41,101 nt of DNA, taken from sequence record SRR31156797_10923; one strand, given 5' to 3'. This document shows positions 1-10,115 of the stretch, piece by piece. The notes below the pieces were generated by a model that saw nothing but the letters and a program-made list of their open reading frames with translations, did no database searches and was not told the origin of the DNA. Numbering within the stretch: position 1 is the stretch's first letter; each line of letters opens with the position of its first letter. Position numbers and translations under genes: made by a program.

Positions 1-27
1 CCGAAATTTTATGTCGAACTCAGGTTA

Positions 28-2007
28 TTATTCGGTTTCTATTAAAATCTGATCCAGACTTACCTGATCACCTACATTTACAGAAACATTGGTAATTGTG
101 GTGTCTTTCCAGGCTTGAATACTGTTTTCTGTTTTCATCGCTTCTAATATCAGAATTGGCTTTCCTTTCTGAATTTTTTCGCCTTCTGTAACCATAATAT
201 CTATAATTCTTCCCGGCATAGGAGCTTTCAGCATTTTTATAGATTCCTGATCGTCTTCTTCATTTTTACGCTTGGTTTTAGGAGGTATATCTGTTATAAT
301 TTGCTTTCGACCTTCGAATTGCAAATGGAATTTACCATCCTCACCCAAAAAATAGTTTACCAGAAAATGCACCCCGTTTATAAAAAATGAAAGCTCATTT
401 TGTTCAATCTGAATGTCACTAATTTCAATGGATTCTTTTTCACCAATCTGAATTATAAAATGTTCATCATTATTTTCTATTACCAAAATTTGAAGAGATT
501 CATCTTTAAGATAAATCTGATGTTGTTGATTATTTCTCCAGTAACCTAATTTCTCCCAGTTGTTTGAAGGAACTGCTTTTTTCTTGTGTTTCAAAATGAT
601 AAAAGAAGCTGCAATGGCCTCTTTGGCCATGTTAGATTGTGGGAGTGGAGAAAGTAATTGTTCCTTTTTTAGCGCAAAGAACGAAGTCGCATAATCACCA
701 TTTTTAAAATCACAGTCGTTTAATGCCTGTATGATAAATTCACGATTAGAATGAACTCCAAATAGGGCATAATTTTTCAAAAATGCCTGCAATCTTTCAA
801 TGGCTTGTTCGCGATTTTTTCCCAGAGAAATCACTTTCTTTAAAAGAGGATCAAAACTCGGATTCAGATTTTCTGTAGCCTGCGCTCCACCATCTATTCG
901 GATATGTGGATGACTTGGTATGTGAGTACCTATTATTTTACCAAACGAAGGTGCGAAATTATCTTCTGGATTTTCAGCATAGATTCTAGCCTCAATAGCA
1001 TGTCCGCAGGCTTTAATATCTTGTTGTTTAAAAGATAAAGCCATTCCGGATGCAATGAGAATTTGCTCCTGAACAATGTCAATACCAGTAATTTGTTCCG
1101 TTACAGGATGTTCCACCTGAATTCGGGTGTTCATTTCTAAAAAATAATGTTTATGATCTTTGGTCATCAAAAACTCTAATGTTCCGGCATTACAATAACC
1201 AATTTTTTGACAAAGTTTTAGTGCATCGGCAAAAAGTTTTTGTCTGGTTTCGTCCGAAAGCATTGGTGCTGGAGCCTCTTCAATCACTTTTTGATGTCTG
1301 CGCTGAATAGAGCAATCTCTTTCAAATAAATGAACTATATTTCCGTATTGATCGGCTAAAATTTGAACTTCAATATGTCTGGGGTTCTCGATATATTCTT
1401 CTACATAAACGTATGGATCTGCAAAATATCTTTCGGCTTCAGCGCTGGCTCTTTCTATTTCACCAGGTAAATCATCAATATTATATACCACTCGCATTCC
1501 CTTACCACCTCCACCTGCAGCGGCTTTAATTACAACAGGAAATTGCAAGATAGATACTTGGTCAAGCATATTTTGTACCGTTCCGTTAATCTTTTTAAGT
1601 AGTGGAATTTTACATTCTTCTGCAATTTTATTGGCCTGATTTTTATTACCCATCAGCTTAATGTGTTGAGCTTTTGGGCCAATAAAAACAATATTATTGT
1701 CGGCACATAGTTGAGCAAAATTTTCATTCTCCGATAAAAATCCATAGCCCGGATGTATGGCTTCTGCCTTGTATCTTTGGGCTATATAAATAATTTGTTG
1801 TGCATTCAAATAAGTGTCAGTCAAAGTGTCACCGATTAATAAGGCTTTATGGTCGGCATTTTTTAGGTGCAAAGCATCAGCTTCGGGGGCGGTATATAAA
1901 GCCACCGTTTCAATGCCCATTTCTTTGGCTGTTTTTATAATTCTAACCGCAATCTCACCTCTGTTGGCAATCAGAATTCTATTGAATTGATGGTATGTTT
2001 TTTTCAT
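28..2007 (-). CDS. Biotin carboxylase/biotin-carrier alpha subunit of an acyl-CoA carboxylase (3-methylcrotonyl-CoA carboxylase alpha-like)
   Basis: Motifs RILIANRGEIA, HPGYGFLSEN, GGGGKGMR, RDCSIQRRHQK, FLEMNTRIQVEHPVTE, and a C-terminal biotinyl domain (EAMKT). Start moved from 2079 to the ATG at 2007 (MKKTYHQFNRILIANRGE), which leaves a 29-nt overlap with the upstream gene. Confidence 0.9.
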   Translation of the reverse strand: MKKTYHQFNRILIANRGEIAVRIIKTAKEMGIETVALYTAPEADALHLKNADHKALLIGDTLTDTYLNAQQIIYIAQRYKAEAIHPGYGFLSENENFAQLCADNNIVFIGPKAQHIKLMGNKNQANKIAEECKIPLLKKINGTVQNMLDQVSILQFPVVIKAAAGGGGKGMRVVYNIDDLPGEIERASAEAERYFADPYVYVEEYIENPRHIEVQILADQYGNIVHLFERDCSIQRRHQKVIEEAPAPMLSDETRQKLFADALKLCQKIGYCNAGTLEFLMTKDHKHYFLEMNTRIQVEHPVTEQITGIDIVQEQILIASGMALSFKQQDIKACGHAIEARIYAENPEDNFAPSFGKIIGTHIPSHPHIRIDGGAQATENLNPSFDPLLKKVISLGKNREQAIERLQAFLKNYALFGVHSNREFIIQALNDCDFKNGDYATSFFALKKEQLLSPLPQSNMAKEAIAASFIILKHKKKAVPSNNWEKLGYWRNNQQHQIYLKDESLQILVIENNDEHFIIQIGEKESIEISDIQIEQNELSFFINGVHFLVNYFLGEDGKFHLQFEGRKQIITDIPPKTKRKNEEDDQESIKMLKAPMPGRIIDIMVTEGEKIQKGKPILILEAMKTENSIQAWKDTTITNVSVNVGDQVSLDQILIETE

Positions 2008-2785
2008 TATTCCACGATGGTTTTCTTTTTTCAAAAAAGGCAGAAACACCCTCTTGTCCTTCTGCAGAAGTTCTTGCACTGGCTATCATTCTGGCACAAA
2101 AAAGCAGGTTGGCTTCGTCATCCAGATTTTCTTCAAGTCGATTAATAAGTGCTTTGGTTTGGATCAATGCATCGGGAGCACCCTTCAGAATAGATTGTGC
2201 AACCTCAATCGTTTTGTCTCTTAAGCTTTGATTATTATCAGCAACGTAATGCACAAGACCTTCTTCTTTGGCTTCCTGAGCGGTAAACGGTTTTGGAACC
2301 AATAATCTTTTTCGGGCATTGCTATTTCCCATTTTGTTAATGATATAAGGCGCTATGGTTGCAGGAATGATACCCAAGGTAACTTCCGGAAAACCAAAGG
2401 TAGATTTTGGTTCACACACTACAATATCAGCACTGGCTAAAATTCCAACGGCACCACCGAATGCCGATTTTTCCACTTCCACAATAACAGGAGTTGGAAA
2501 ATTATAGATGGTTTCAAATAATGTATTGAAAAGTTTAGCATCGTTTATGTTTTCTGTTTTAGATTGATAAACTCCTTGTCGCATCCATTCTAAATCAGCA
2601 CCTGAGCAGTACTGGTTTTCTTCACCATAAATGATCAAAACTCTAAACGATCGGTTAGACTTTTCAATATTGAGCGTCTTAATGATTTCCTCAATCATTT
2701 TTCGGTTTAAGGCATTTCTTTTTTCAGGTCGGTTTAAACCTAAAAAAGCCATTTGATTTTTAATGTAAAAATTGATGGTTTCCAT
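1979..2785 (-). CDS. Enoyl-CoA hydratase/crotonase family, probable methylglutaconyl-CoA hydratase
   Basis: Motifs LNRPEKRNAL, CSGADL, FGFPEVTLGIIPA, EGQEGVSAFFEKRKPSW. Lies between the carboxylase beta and alpha genes, as in liuBCD operons. Confidence 0.85.
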   Translation of the reverse strand: METINFYIKNQMAFLGLNRPEKRNALNRKMIEEIIKTLNIEKSNRSFRVLIIYGEENQYCSGADLEWMRQGVYQSKTENINDAKLFNTLFETIYNFPTPVIVEVEKSAFGGAVGILASADIVVCEPKSTFGFPEVTLGIIPATIAPYIINKMGNSNARKRLLVPKPFTAQEAKEEGLVHYVADNNQSLRDKTIEVAQSILKGAPDALIQTKALINRLEENLDDEANLLFCARMIASARTSAEGQEGVSAFFEKRKPSWNNEKNIPSIQ

Positions 2786-2791
2786 ATTACT

Positions 2792-4378
2792 TTACATTCT
2801 GAATATGCCGTATGTGGCTGGTTTGTTTTGTTTATTTTGAGCTATAGTTAATCCAATAGTTAAAATAGTGCGTGTATCTGCCGGGTCAATAATACCATCG
2901 TCCCATAAACGACTTGTGGCAAAATAAGGAGAGGCCTCTTTTTCGAAACCGGCTTTTGTTTGGGCTTTCAACCTTTCAATTTCCTCTTCTGCTATTTCTA
3001 CACCAGTGGCTTTAGCCTGATCCTTTTTTACAGTAGCCAATACATCGGCAGCTTGTTGTGGGCCCATTACCGAAATGCTTGAATTTGGCCAGGAGAACAA
3101 TAATCGTGGACCAAAAGCACGACCGCCCATGGCATAATTCCCTGCTCCGTAGCTTCCTCCAATCATAATGGTAAAGAATGGAACCTCGGAATTAGCTAAA
3201 GCGTTAACCATTTTGGCGCCCTCTTTGGCAATACCGGCTTTTTCATATGCTTTTCCTACCATAAAACCTGTAATGTTTTGAAGAAAAATCATAGGGATTT
3301 TACGATTGTTGCATAGTTGTATGAAGTGCGTTCCTTTTTGCGCTGATTCAGAAAACAGGATGCCGTTGTTGGCCAGAATGCCGACTTTAAACCCATTAAT
3401 ATTCGCAAATCCGGTGACTAAAGTAGTGCCGTAATCTGCTTTAAATTCATCAAATTTACTTTCGTCACTCAAATATTGAATTAGCTTTTTGACATCTTTA
3501 GGAGTAGATCCTCCGGATGGCATTTCATCATAGATTCCTTCTGCAGGTAAAAGACAAGCTTTTGGTTCTGAACGAATAAAAGCGTCTTTTTCGGGTTGAC
3601 TTAAAGTTGAAAAGATGTTTCTACATATTTCTATGGCATGATGATCATCGTCGGCCAAATGATCTGCCACTCCTGATTCAGAAGTGTGTAATTTTCCACC
3701 TCCTAACTCTTCGGCAGTAACTTCTTCTCCTGTGGCAGCTTTTACCAAAGGAGGCCCTCCTAAAAAGATGGTTCCCTGATTTTTTACAATGATGGTTTCA
3801 TCACTTATAGCCGGAATGTATGCGCCACCGGCAGTGCATGATCCCATCACAATGCTGATTTGGGGAATTCCTTTAGCCGACATACGTGCCTGATTAAAAA
3901 AAATTCGGCCAAAGTCATCTTTATCTGGAAATACATTGGCTTGTTCAGGTAAGAATATTCCTCCTGAATCAACCAGATAAACACAGGCCAAATTATTTTG
4001 ATCTGCAATTTCCTGGGCTCTTAAATGTTTTTTGATGGTTTCCTTTACGTAAGTTCCACCTTTAGTAGTGGCATCATTGGCTATGATAACCGATTCCCGT
4101 CCTTGAATAACACCAATGCCAGTGATGATACCGGCAGAAGGAAATGCATCATTATATTGTCCAATGGCAGCAAGCGCAGATAATTCTAAAAAAGGGGTTT
4201 GAGGATCTACCAGTAGCTCAATTCGCTCTTTAGCCAGTAGCTTTGCTCTTCTTTTATGTCGCTCTTTTTGCTTGCTGTTTACATTGTTTAGTTTTTGTAA
4301 TGTTTCTTTAAACTCAGTTATTTTCTGAGGTATGTCTGATGTTCCTTTTTGTATCCTTTGTTTTCTTTGATCCGTCAT
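2792..4378 (-). CDS. Acyl-CoA carboxylase carboxyltransferase beta subunit (methylcrotonyl-CoA carboxylase beta-like)
   Basis: Motifs [64 protein letters not shown] terminus. Confidence 0.92.
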   Translation of the reverse strand: MTDQRKQRIQKGTSDIPQKITEFKETLQKLNNVNSKQKERHKRRAKLLAKERIELLVDPQTPFLELSALAAIGQYNDAFPSAGIITGIGVIQGRESVIIANDATTKGGTYVKETIKKHLRAQEIADQNNLACVYLVDSGGIFLPEQANVFPDKDDFGRIFFNQARMSAKGIPQISIVMGSCTAGGAYIPAISDETIIVKNQGTIFLGGPPLVKAATGEEVTAEELGGGKLHTSESGVADHLADDDHHAIEICRNIFSTLSQPEKDAFIRSEPKACLLPAEGIYDEMPSGGSTPKDVKKLIQYLSDESKFDEFKADYGTTLVTGFANINGFKVGILANNGILFSESAQKGTHFIQLCNNRKIPMIFLQNITGFMVGKAYEKAGIAKEGAKMVNALANSEVPFFTIMIGGSYGAGNYAMGGRAFGPRLLFSWPNSSISVMGPQQAADVLATVKKDQAKATGVEIAEEEIERLKAQTKAGFEKEASPYFATSRLWDDGIIDPADTRTILTIGLTIAQNKQNKPATYGIFRM

Positions 4379-4527
4379 TTTTCTTTTGCATAAAATGGAC
4401 TAACTAAGTAACCACTTGTGCCAAAAAATGTTTGATTTTTCAGCTAAATATCAAACAGAAAAAATTATCCGGTAAGTTAAATGCAAGAGTTAATTGTACT
4501 TGTGTGTTTTGAACGTTTATGATATAC

Positions 4528-4574
4528 AAAAAAAGGATTGTTCCTTACTTTATGTATACTTAAGAACAACCCTT
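4528..4574 (-). terminator. Intrinsic terminator of the zinc-ribbon gene
   Basis: On the minus strand, stem AAGGGTTGTTC...GAACAATCCTT (one G-U pair) followed by a U run. Confidence 0.65.
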
Positions 4575-4594
4575 ATGCGTCTTTAATATTTTGC

Positions 4595-5200
4595 TTAATT
4601 TCTCTTTACATCGAAAATACTCCCTGAATCATACATTTCAGACAATTCATTTTTAGACATGATATATAAAGTATCGCTATAACAAGAATCAACATCAATG
4701 GTTTCTATTCCTCGTTTAGTAGTAAATGCATAGTTATTATGAACGAATACAAGGCTGTCTTCTCTCACGTCTATAACCTTAATAGTTGAAAAGTTGTTAG
4801 GGCTATCTTCATACTCATACACATCTCCTGCCATTGGATTTGCAATGTATTCCGCATTATATTTAGCTTCTGCATTGTTTGAGATACTAAAAAACAAAAT
4901 TAAAAGTACAATAACTCCGGCACCAGAGAAATGCCATAAGGGTATTTTAGCTTCACTTTTGGCAATGGAATATTCTCTCTTCATTTCTTCAGGCATTTTT
5001 TTCGGTTTAAATACATCGCTGCATTTAGTGCACTGACATGTGCCGGTACGACCAATAGAAATAGTTGGAATCCAGAAAATATGAATGTATCTGCCATAAA
5101 AACTATTGATAATTCCACCCTTTTCGCCACATGAAGGACAGGTTACATTGTTCGATTGAATTGTTTTAATATGCGTAGATCGCCACCCGTATATGACCAT
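4595..5200 (-). CDS. Zinc-ribbon domain membrane-anchored protein
   Basis: CPSC and CTKC pairs with HIFWIP between them, one hydrophobic segment (GAGVIVLLILFFSI), then a soluble C-terminal domain. Confidence 0.75.
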   Translation of the reverse strand: MVIYGWRSTHIKTIQSNNVTCPSCGEKGGIINSFYGRYIHIFWIPTISIGRTGTCQCTKCSDVFKPKKMPEEMKREYSIAKSEAKIPLWHFSGAGVIVLLILFFSISNNAEAKYNAEYIANPMAGDVYEYEDSPNNFSTIKVIDVREDSLVFVHNNYAFTTKRGIETIDVDSCYSDTLYIMSKNELSEMYDSGSIFDVKRN

Positions 5201-5322
5201 TCTAGTTAGATTTTAAATTTTAATGCCCGAATATAATTATTTAAACCGGACTTAAATCTTTGATTTGTCTAAGAAGTTGTTTTCAAATTGTATTTTCGCA
5301 TCTGGATTAGATAAGATCGGAT

Positions 5323-7239
5323 ATGCATAATATAATCAAAGAGCTTCAAAAGGTTCATCAATTGTTGTTACAGGAGAAAGAAGAAGATTTACTTCAGTTT
5401 AAAAGAAAAATGACTAATACTTCTATTGTTGAACGAAGGAAAGAAGGTGTGTGTTGGTTCCCTGTTTCGATTGAGAGAACACATTTTGATGCTGGAGAAA
5501 GATTATTGGTTAGAGTAGCTCGCCCCAAAGAGCATAAAGAATCTCATCTTTTTCAGTCGGGTAAATTGGTGTCCTTGTTTTCTACAGCGGGCAATAACAA
5601 TGAGCAAAATCATGCCGTAAATGGTGTCGTCAACAGAGCCGGAGAAGTGGAGATGATGCTCACTATAAATTCAGATGATGAACCGGATTGGTTGCGCGAA
5701 GGTAAGGTTGGAGTTCAACTCTTGTTCGATGAAAATGCTTATCTGGAAATGGAGCGAGCTCTGAATATTGTACTAAATCCACAGGATGACAGATTATTGA
5801 AGCTGAGGGATATTTTGCTCGGAACTGAAGAACCTGTTTTCGACGAAAATAATGAAATAACATTACCTCAATTAAATGCAGTTCAAAACCAGGCCTTGAA
5901 TCAGGTATTAAATGCAAAAGATCTAGCCATTGTGCATGGTCCTCCGGGAACCGGAAAAACCACAACGATGGTTGAAGCTATACGACAGACCTTAAAGTTA
6001 GAAAATCAGGTTTTGGTTTGTGCTCCCAGTAATGCCGCAGTGGATTTGCTTTGCGAAAAACTTTCGGAGGAAGGCCTAAAAGTGGTTCGAATTGGGCATC
6101 CAGCAAGAGTAACTGACGAAATTTTATCCTTAACATTGGATGCGCAGATAGCACATCATACTAATTATAAAGACTTAAAAGCAGTAAAAAAGCAGGCCGA
6201 AGAATACTATCGGACGGCGATGAAATATAAGAGGAATTTTGGACATGAGGAGCGACAACAAAGGCGCTTGCTTTTGCAAGAATCAGGAAAGCTTAGAAAG
6301 GAAGCCGAGCATTTAGAGTATTACATTATAAATGATATTCTTTCAAATGCTCAAGTAGTGGCATCTACAATGGTAGGAGCTTCTAATTATCAAATCAGAG
6401 ACAGGCGTTTTTCAACTGTTTTTATTGATGAAGCAGCGCAAGGGTTAGAACCGGCCACGTGGATCCCTATCACCAAGGCAAATAGGGTTATTTTTGCAGG
6501 AGATCACTGTCAGTTACCCCCAACTATAAAATCGTTTGAAGCAGCCAAAGCAGGTTTGGATGAAACCTTGTTTGAAAAAGCCATCAAGCGAAATAAAGCA
6601 GATGTAATGTTACAAGAGCAATATCGAATGCATCAGGATATTATGCGTTTTTCTAGTCAGTTGTTTTATGAAAATAAACTAAGTGCTAATGATCAGGTTT
6701 TAAATTGGTTAGTCTTTGTTGGAGATAAGGCGGTAGAATTTATTGATACTGCCGGTTGTGGTTTTTTTGAGCAAGTAGATAAAGAAACCAGAAGCTCTTA
6801 CAATCCTGAAGAAGCTGATTTACTGATGAAACATTTTAGGGAGTATTTTAATACTGTGTTTTCTTCCGGATGTTCTGATGAAATTTCAGTTGGAGTTGTT
6901 TCTCCATATAAGGCGCAGGTTACTTTGCTACAAAATAATTTTAAAGAAATGGAAAGTGAGTTTGAAATAGATTTACGTTTGTCAGTGAATACAATAGATT
7001 CCTTTCAAGGGCAGGAGCGAGATGTGGTTTATTTAAGTTTGGTGCGTAGTAATGAAAAAGGGGAAATAGGCTTTTTAGCAGATGTGCGCAGAATGAATGT
7101 AGCTATTACCAGAGCCAGGAAAAAGTTAGTGGTCATTGGAGATAGTGCCACAATAGGTCAGCATCCTTTCTATAATAGTTTTTTAGATTATGTAGGACAA
7201 ATAGAAGCTTATAGAAGTGCTTTTGAATTAATGTATTAG
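5323..7239 (+). CDS. Superfamily 1 helicase, IGHMBP2/Upf1/DNA2-like (AAA_11/AAA_12)
   Basis: Motifs GPPGTGKT, APSNAAVD, IDEAAQ, GDHCQLPP, QYRM, TIDSFQGQE, RRMNVAITRA. Confidence 0.92.
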   Translation: MHNIIKELQKVHQLLLQEKEEDLLQFKRKMTNTSIVERRKEGVCWFPVSIERTHFDAGERLLVRVARPKEHKESHLFQSGKLVSLFSTAGNNNEQNHAVNGVVNRAGEVEMMLTINSDDEPDWLREGKVGVQLLFDENAYLEMERALNIVLNPQDDRLLKLRDILLGTEEPVFDENNEITLPQLNAVQNQALNQVLNAKDLAIVHGPPGTGKTTTMVEAIRQTLKLENQVLVCAPSNAAVDLLCEKLSEEGLKVVRIGHPARVTDEILSLTLDAQIAHHTNYKDLKAVKKQAEEYYRTAMKYKRNFGHEERQQRRLLLQESGKLRKEAEHLEYYIINDILSNAQVVASTMVGASNYQIRDRRFSTVFIDEAAQGLEPATWIPITKANRVIFAGDHCQLPPTIKSFEAAKAGLDETLFEKAIKRNKADVMLQEQYRMHQDIMRFSSQLFYENKLSANDQVLNWLVFVGDKAVEFIDTAGCGFFEQVDKETRSSYNPEEADLLMKHFREYFNTVFSSGCSDEISVGVVSPYKAQVTLLQNNFKEMESEFEIDLRLSVNTIDSFQGQERDVVYLSLVRSNEKGEIGFLADVRRMNVAITRARKKLVVIGDSATIGQHPFYNSFLDYVGQIEAYRSAFELMY

Positions 7240-7369
7240 TTGTTTATTTAGTATTCGGATTTATAGGTCTTTAATAGTTAAAAAATATTAAATATCTATT
7301 CATACTTCATGTTTATGTAACTTTTTGATGCTTTTACCCATAAAATGTTAGCAAAAGGAGGGTCGATTT

Positions 7370-8011
7370 ATGAAGCTGAAGGAAATTGCAACATTTTTTA
7401 CTGGGTTATTCTTTCTATCTACCGTTGCTGTTGAAAGCAACGCTCAAACAAAAAAGAAATCATATTGGCAAAAAGGATCATTAAAAGTAGATACTGCTTT
7501 TAAGAAGTTATACCTTGATAGTTTTTTAGTTCCTTATCAGGAATTTGCCGACTTACATGGTTGTAAAATCAGAATTAAGACAAAGAAGCTTAAAACTACA
7601 ATGACTGCACGTCCAGGATTTGGATCTTTGTTTTTGGGTAAGAAGAATCGTCAGTATATTATTCACGTTAACTCGGATGCAAATTTTGATGGCGTTCTTT
7701 TATCAGATGTTCCATCGGAGGCCAGAATTGGATTATTTGCTCACGAACTAATGCATATTAGGGATTACGAGAGTCGAAAGGTGGGAGGTGTAATTAAGCG
7801 CGGTTTACAATATCTTTCTAAAAATGGTAAAAAGAAAGTGGAGTATTACACTGATAGCTTAACCATTGCAGCTGGATTTGGAGAGCACTTATTTCAATGG
7901 GCAGCTTATGTATTATATGATTCAGATGCATCTGAAGAATACAAAGCTTTTAAGTCAGAGATTTACATGTCGCCGGTTACTATTTATAATAAAATGAGTT
8001 TACTCGATTAA
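7370..8011 (+). CDS. Exported hypothetical protein with HExxH motif (putative zinc metallopeptidase)
   Basis: Signal-peptide-like N-terminus; GLFAHELMHI motif with a downstream E (VEYYTD). Confidence 0.6.
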   Translation: MKLKEIATFFTGLFFLSTVAVESNAQTKKKSYWQKGSLKVDTAFKKLYLDSFLVPYQEFADLHGCKIRIKTKKLKTTMTARPGFGSLFLGKKNRQYIIHVNSDANFDGVLLSDVPSEARIGLFAHELMHIRDYESRKVGGVIKRGLQYLSKNGKKKVEYYTDSLTIAAGFGEHLFQWAAYVLYDSDASEEYKAFKSEIYMSPVTIYNKMSLLD

Positions 8012-8104
8012 TTAAAATATAGTCATGATGAAGATATCAGAAGAAATAATGTGGATACTTTAATCGTTTTTTATACGAACAAATAAAGCACAATCGAATT
8101 TGAC

Positions 8105-8130
8105 AGGAGTAAGAGATTACTCCTTTTTTT
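8105..8130 (+). terminator. Intrinsic terminator
   Basis: AGGAGTAA-GAGA-TTACTCCT followed by a T run; GNRA loop. Confidence 0.85.
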
Positions 8131-8425
8131 ATGCCTAAATATTTGGTCATTCTACAAAGAATAAGCCTATATGGAAGTTAATAATAGGAATTAAAATAAT
8201 TGAAAATTAAATTACACACATATAAAAGTAAATGAAATTCTTAAATGGAAGAATAAACCTATCTTATAAATTGAAAGTATGCATTAGTCAATGATAATAT
8301 GCTGTTTGTAAATAAATATTGTTGATTCGTGGATTGATGCCTTTAGATTAGTTAACTTTAATATAGGTGATTGGAAAGACAGATATTTTATTTTCACCAG
8401 CAGTCAAACCTCAAATACCACAGCT

Positions 8426-10069
8426 ATGAAAAAAGAGGCAAAGTTTATCAGGTATTATTATTACTTCCTTATTGTTGTACTGAGCTTAATAATGGTAACT
8501 TCTTTGGTGTGGAACATTAATAATGAATATAAATCCGCAGTAAGTTATGCTCAAATAGAAGGAGAAGCCAGTTATCACAAAGACTTATTATTCAGAAAAT
8601 GGGCTACAATGCACGGTGGAGTTTATGTACCTATTAGTAAAACAACACAACCAAATCCTTTATTAGACTTCATTGAAGATCGTGATATTACTACCCCAAA
8701 CGGAAAAAAGTTAACCTTGATAAATCCTGCCTATATCATTCGTCAATTATTCGAAATGGAAGAGGAGCTAGTGGGAGTAAAAGGGCATATCACCAGCTTG
8801 CGACCTATTCGTTTAGATAATTACCCAGATCAATGGGAAACAGAAGCACTCAATAATTTTCATAAAGGAAGTTCATCGGTTTCGGAATTAGTGGAGGTTA
8901 ATGGTAATAAGTTCATGCGTTTTATGAGTCCGTTGGTGATAGATCAAAAATGTATGAAATGCCATAGTCATCAAGGATATAATATAGGTGATATAAAAGG
9001 AGGAATTAGTGTTTCGGTACCTATGGACAAATATTACAAGGTATCATATGCACAAACTCGTAAGATAATTTGGGCTCATATTGCTATTTATTTAATCTCT
9101 ATTTTATTCAGTGTATTAGGATATAAGCGCATTATAAAAGAAATGCGAAGGAATCATATTATGCAAAGAAGATTGGTGACAAATGAGTTAAGTTTAAAAT
9201 CTCAGAATGAGGAATTGAACCTGGCAATTGAAAAAGCAAAAGAGGCTGAACTGCATCTCTTGGTTAAGAATGAAGAAACAGAAATTGCTTATAAGAGTTT
9301 GAAAAAGGTAAACGAACAATTACAAAAGGCTAAGGAGCAGGCAGAAGAGAGTGACCGATTGAAAACCGCCTTTCTTCAAAATATGTCGCATGAAATAAGA
9401 ACGCCTTTAAATGCCATTTGTGGTTTTGCCGGTATGTTGAATTTGCCGGATATTGAAAAAGATCAAAGCCAGGCATATGCTAATATTATTCAAAATAGCA
9501 GTGATCAATTATTATCCATAGTATCGGATGTATTAACTATTTCAGCATTAGAAACGGAGCAGGAAAAGGTATATGTTGACAGGGTAAATATTAATAGGCG
9601 GCTAGATGATTTATTTGTTATTTTTAATGAGCAAGCCAAAAAAAGGAATATTAAATTGAAGCTGAATAAAACGCTGTCAGATACAAGTTCGGAAGTGTTC
9701 ACGGATAAAACCAAATTCGTTCAGATTTTTACGAACCTGCTTACCAATGCCTTTAAATTTACAAAAGAAGGGCATGTTGAATACGGATACATTCGTAAAG
9801 ACAAAGTACTTGAGTTCTATGTAAAAGATAGTGGTGTTGGAATTGAACCGCAATTGCAGAGTATTATTTTTGAACGCTTTCGTCAGGCCGATTTATCTTT
9901 GCATCGTTCGGTAGGAGGAAATGGTTTAGGGCTATCAATATCTATGGGATTTGCCAAGCTTTTGGGAGGAACCATTTGGGTAGAGTCAGAACAGGGGAAA
10001 GGAGCCTGTTTTTATTTTACCATTCCTTATAAATCTGCCATGTCAGTTAGTGAATCGTGTCGTAACTAA
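8426..10069 (+). CDS. Membrane sensor histidine kinase with periplasmic haem c-type (DUF3365/Tll0287-like) domain
   Basis: Two TM segments flank a domain with HGGVYV, NPA, SLRPI..NYPDQWE, CMKCH and GDIKGGISV. Then a coiled coil, HisKA (FLQNMSHEIRTPLN) and HATPase (NLLTNAFKFT, DSGVGI, GNGLGL). No receiver domain. Confidence 0.88.
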   Translation: MKKEAKFIRYYYYFLIVVLSLIMVTSLVWNINNEYKSAVSYAQIEGEASYHKDLLFRKWATMHGGVYVPISKTTQPNPLLDFIEDRDITTPNGKKLTLINPAYIIRQLFEMEEELVGVKGHITSLRPIRLDNYPDQWETEALNNFHKGSSSVSELVEVNGNKFMRFMSPLVIDQKCMKCHSHQGYNIGDIKGGISVSVPMDKYYKVSYAQTRKIIWAHIAIYLISILFSVLGYKRIIKEMRRNHIMQRRLVTNELSLKSQNEELNLAIEKAKEAELHLLVKNEETEIAYKSLKKVNEQLQKAKEQAEESDRLKTAFLQNMSHEIRTPLNAICGFAGMLNLPDIEKDQSQAYANIIQNSSDQLLSIVSDVLTISALETEQEKVYVDRVNINRRLDDLFVIFNEQAKKRNIKLKLNKTLSDTSSEVFTDKTKFVQIFTNLLTNAFKFTKEGHVEYGYIRKDKVLEFYVKDSGVGIEPQLQSIIFERFRQADLSLHRSVGGNGLGLSISMGFAKLLGGTIWVESEQGKGACFYFTIPYKSAMSVSESCRN

Positions 10070-10077
10070 AAAACAGG

Positions 10078-10109
10078 AAGGAGATGAGTTTTGTACTGCA
10101 TCTCCTTTT
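10078..10109. terminator. Hairpin between the convergent kinase and arcA genes, probable bidirectional terminator
   Basis: AAGGAGATG...CATCTCCTT inverted repeat with A/T-rich flanks. Confidence 0.7.
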
Positions 10110-10115
10110 GATTTA

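Noticed and set aside
2008..2079. Extended N-terminus of the carboxylase alpha ORF
   Set aside because: It overlaps the hydratase by about 100 nt, and family-like sequence begins only after the ATG at 2007.
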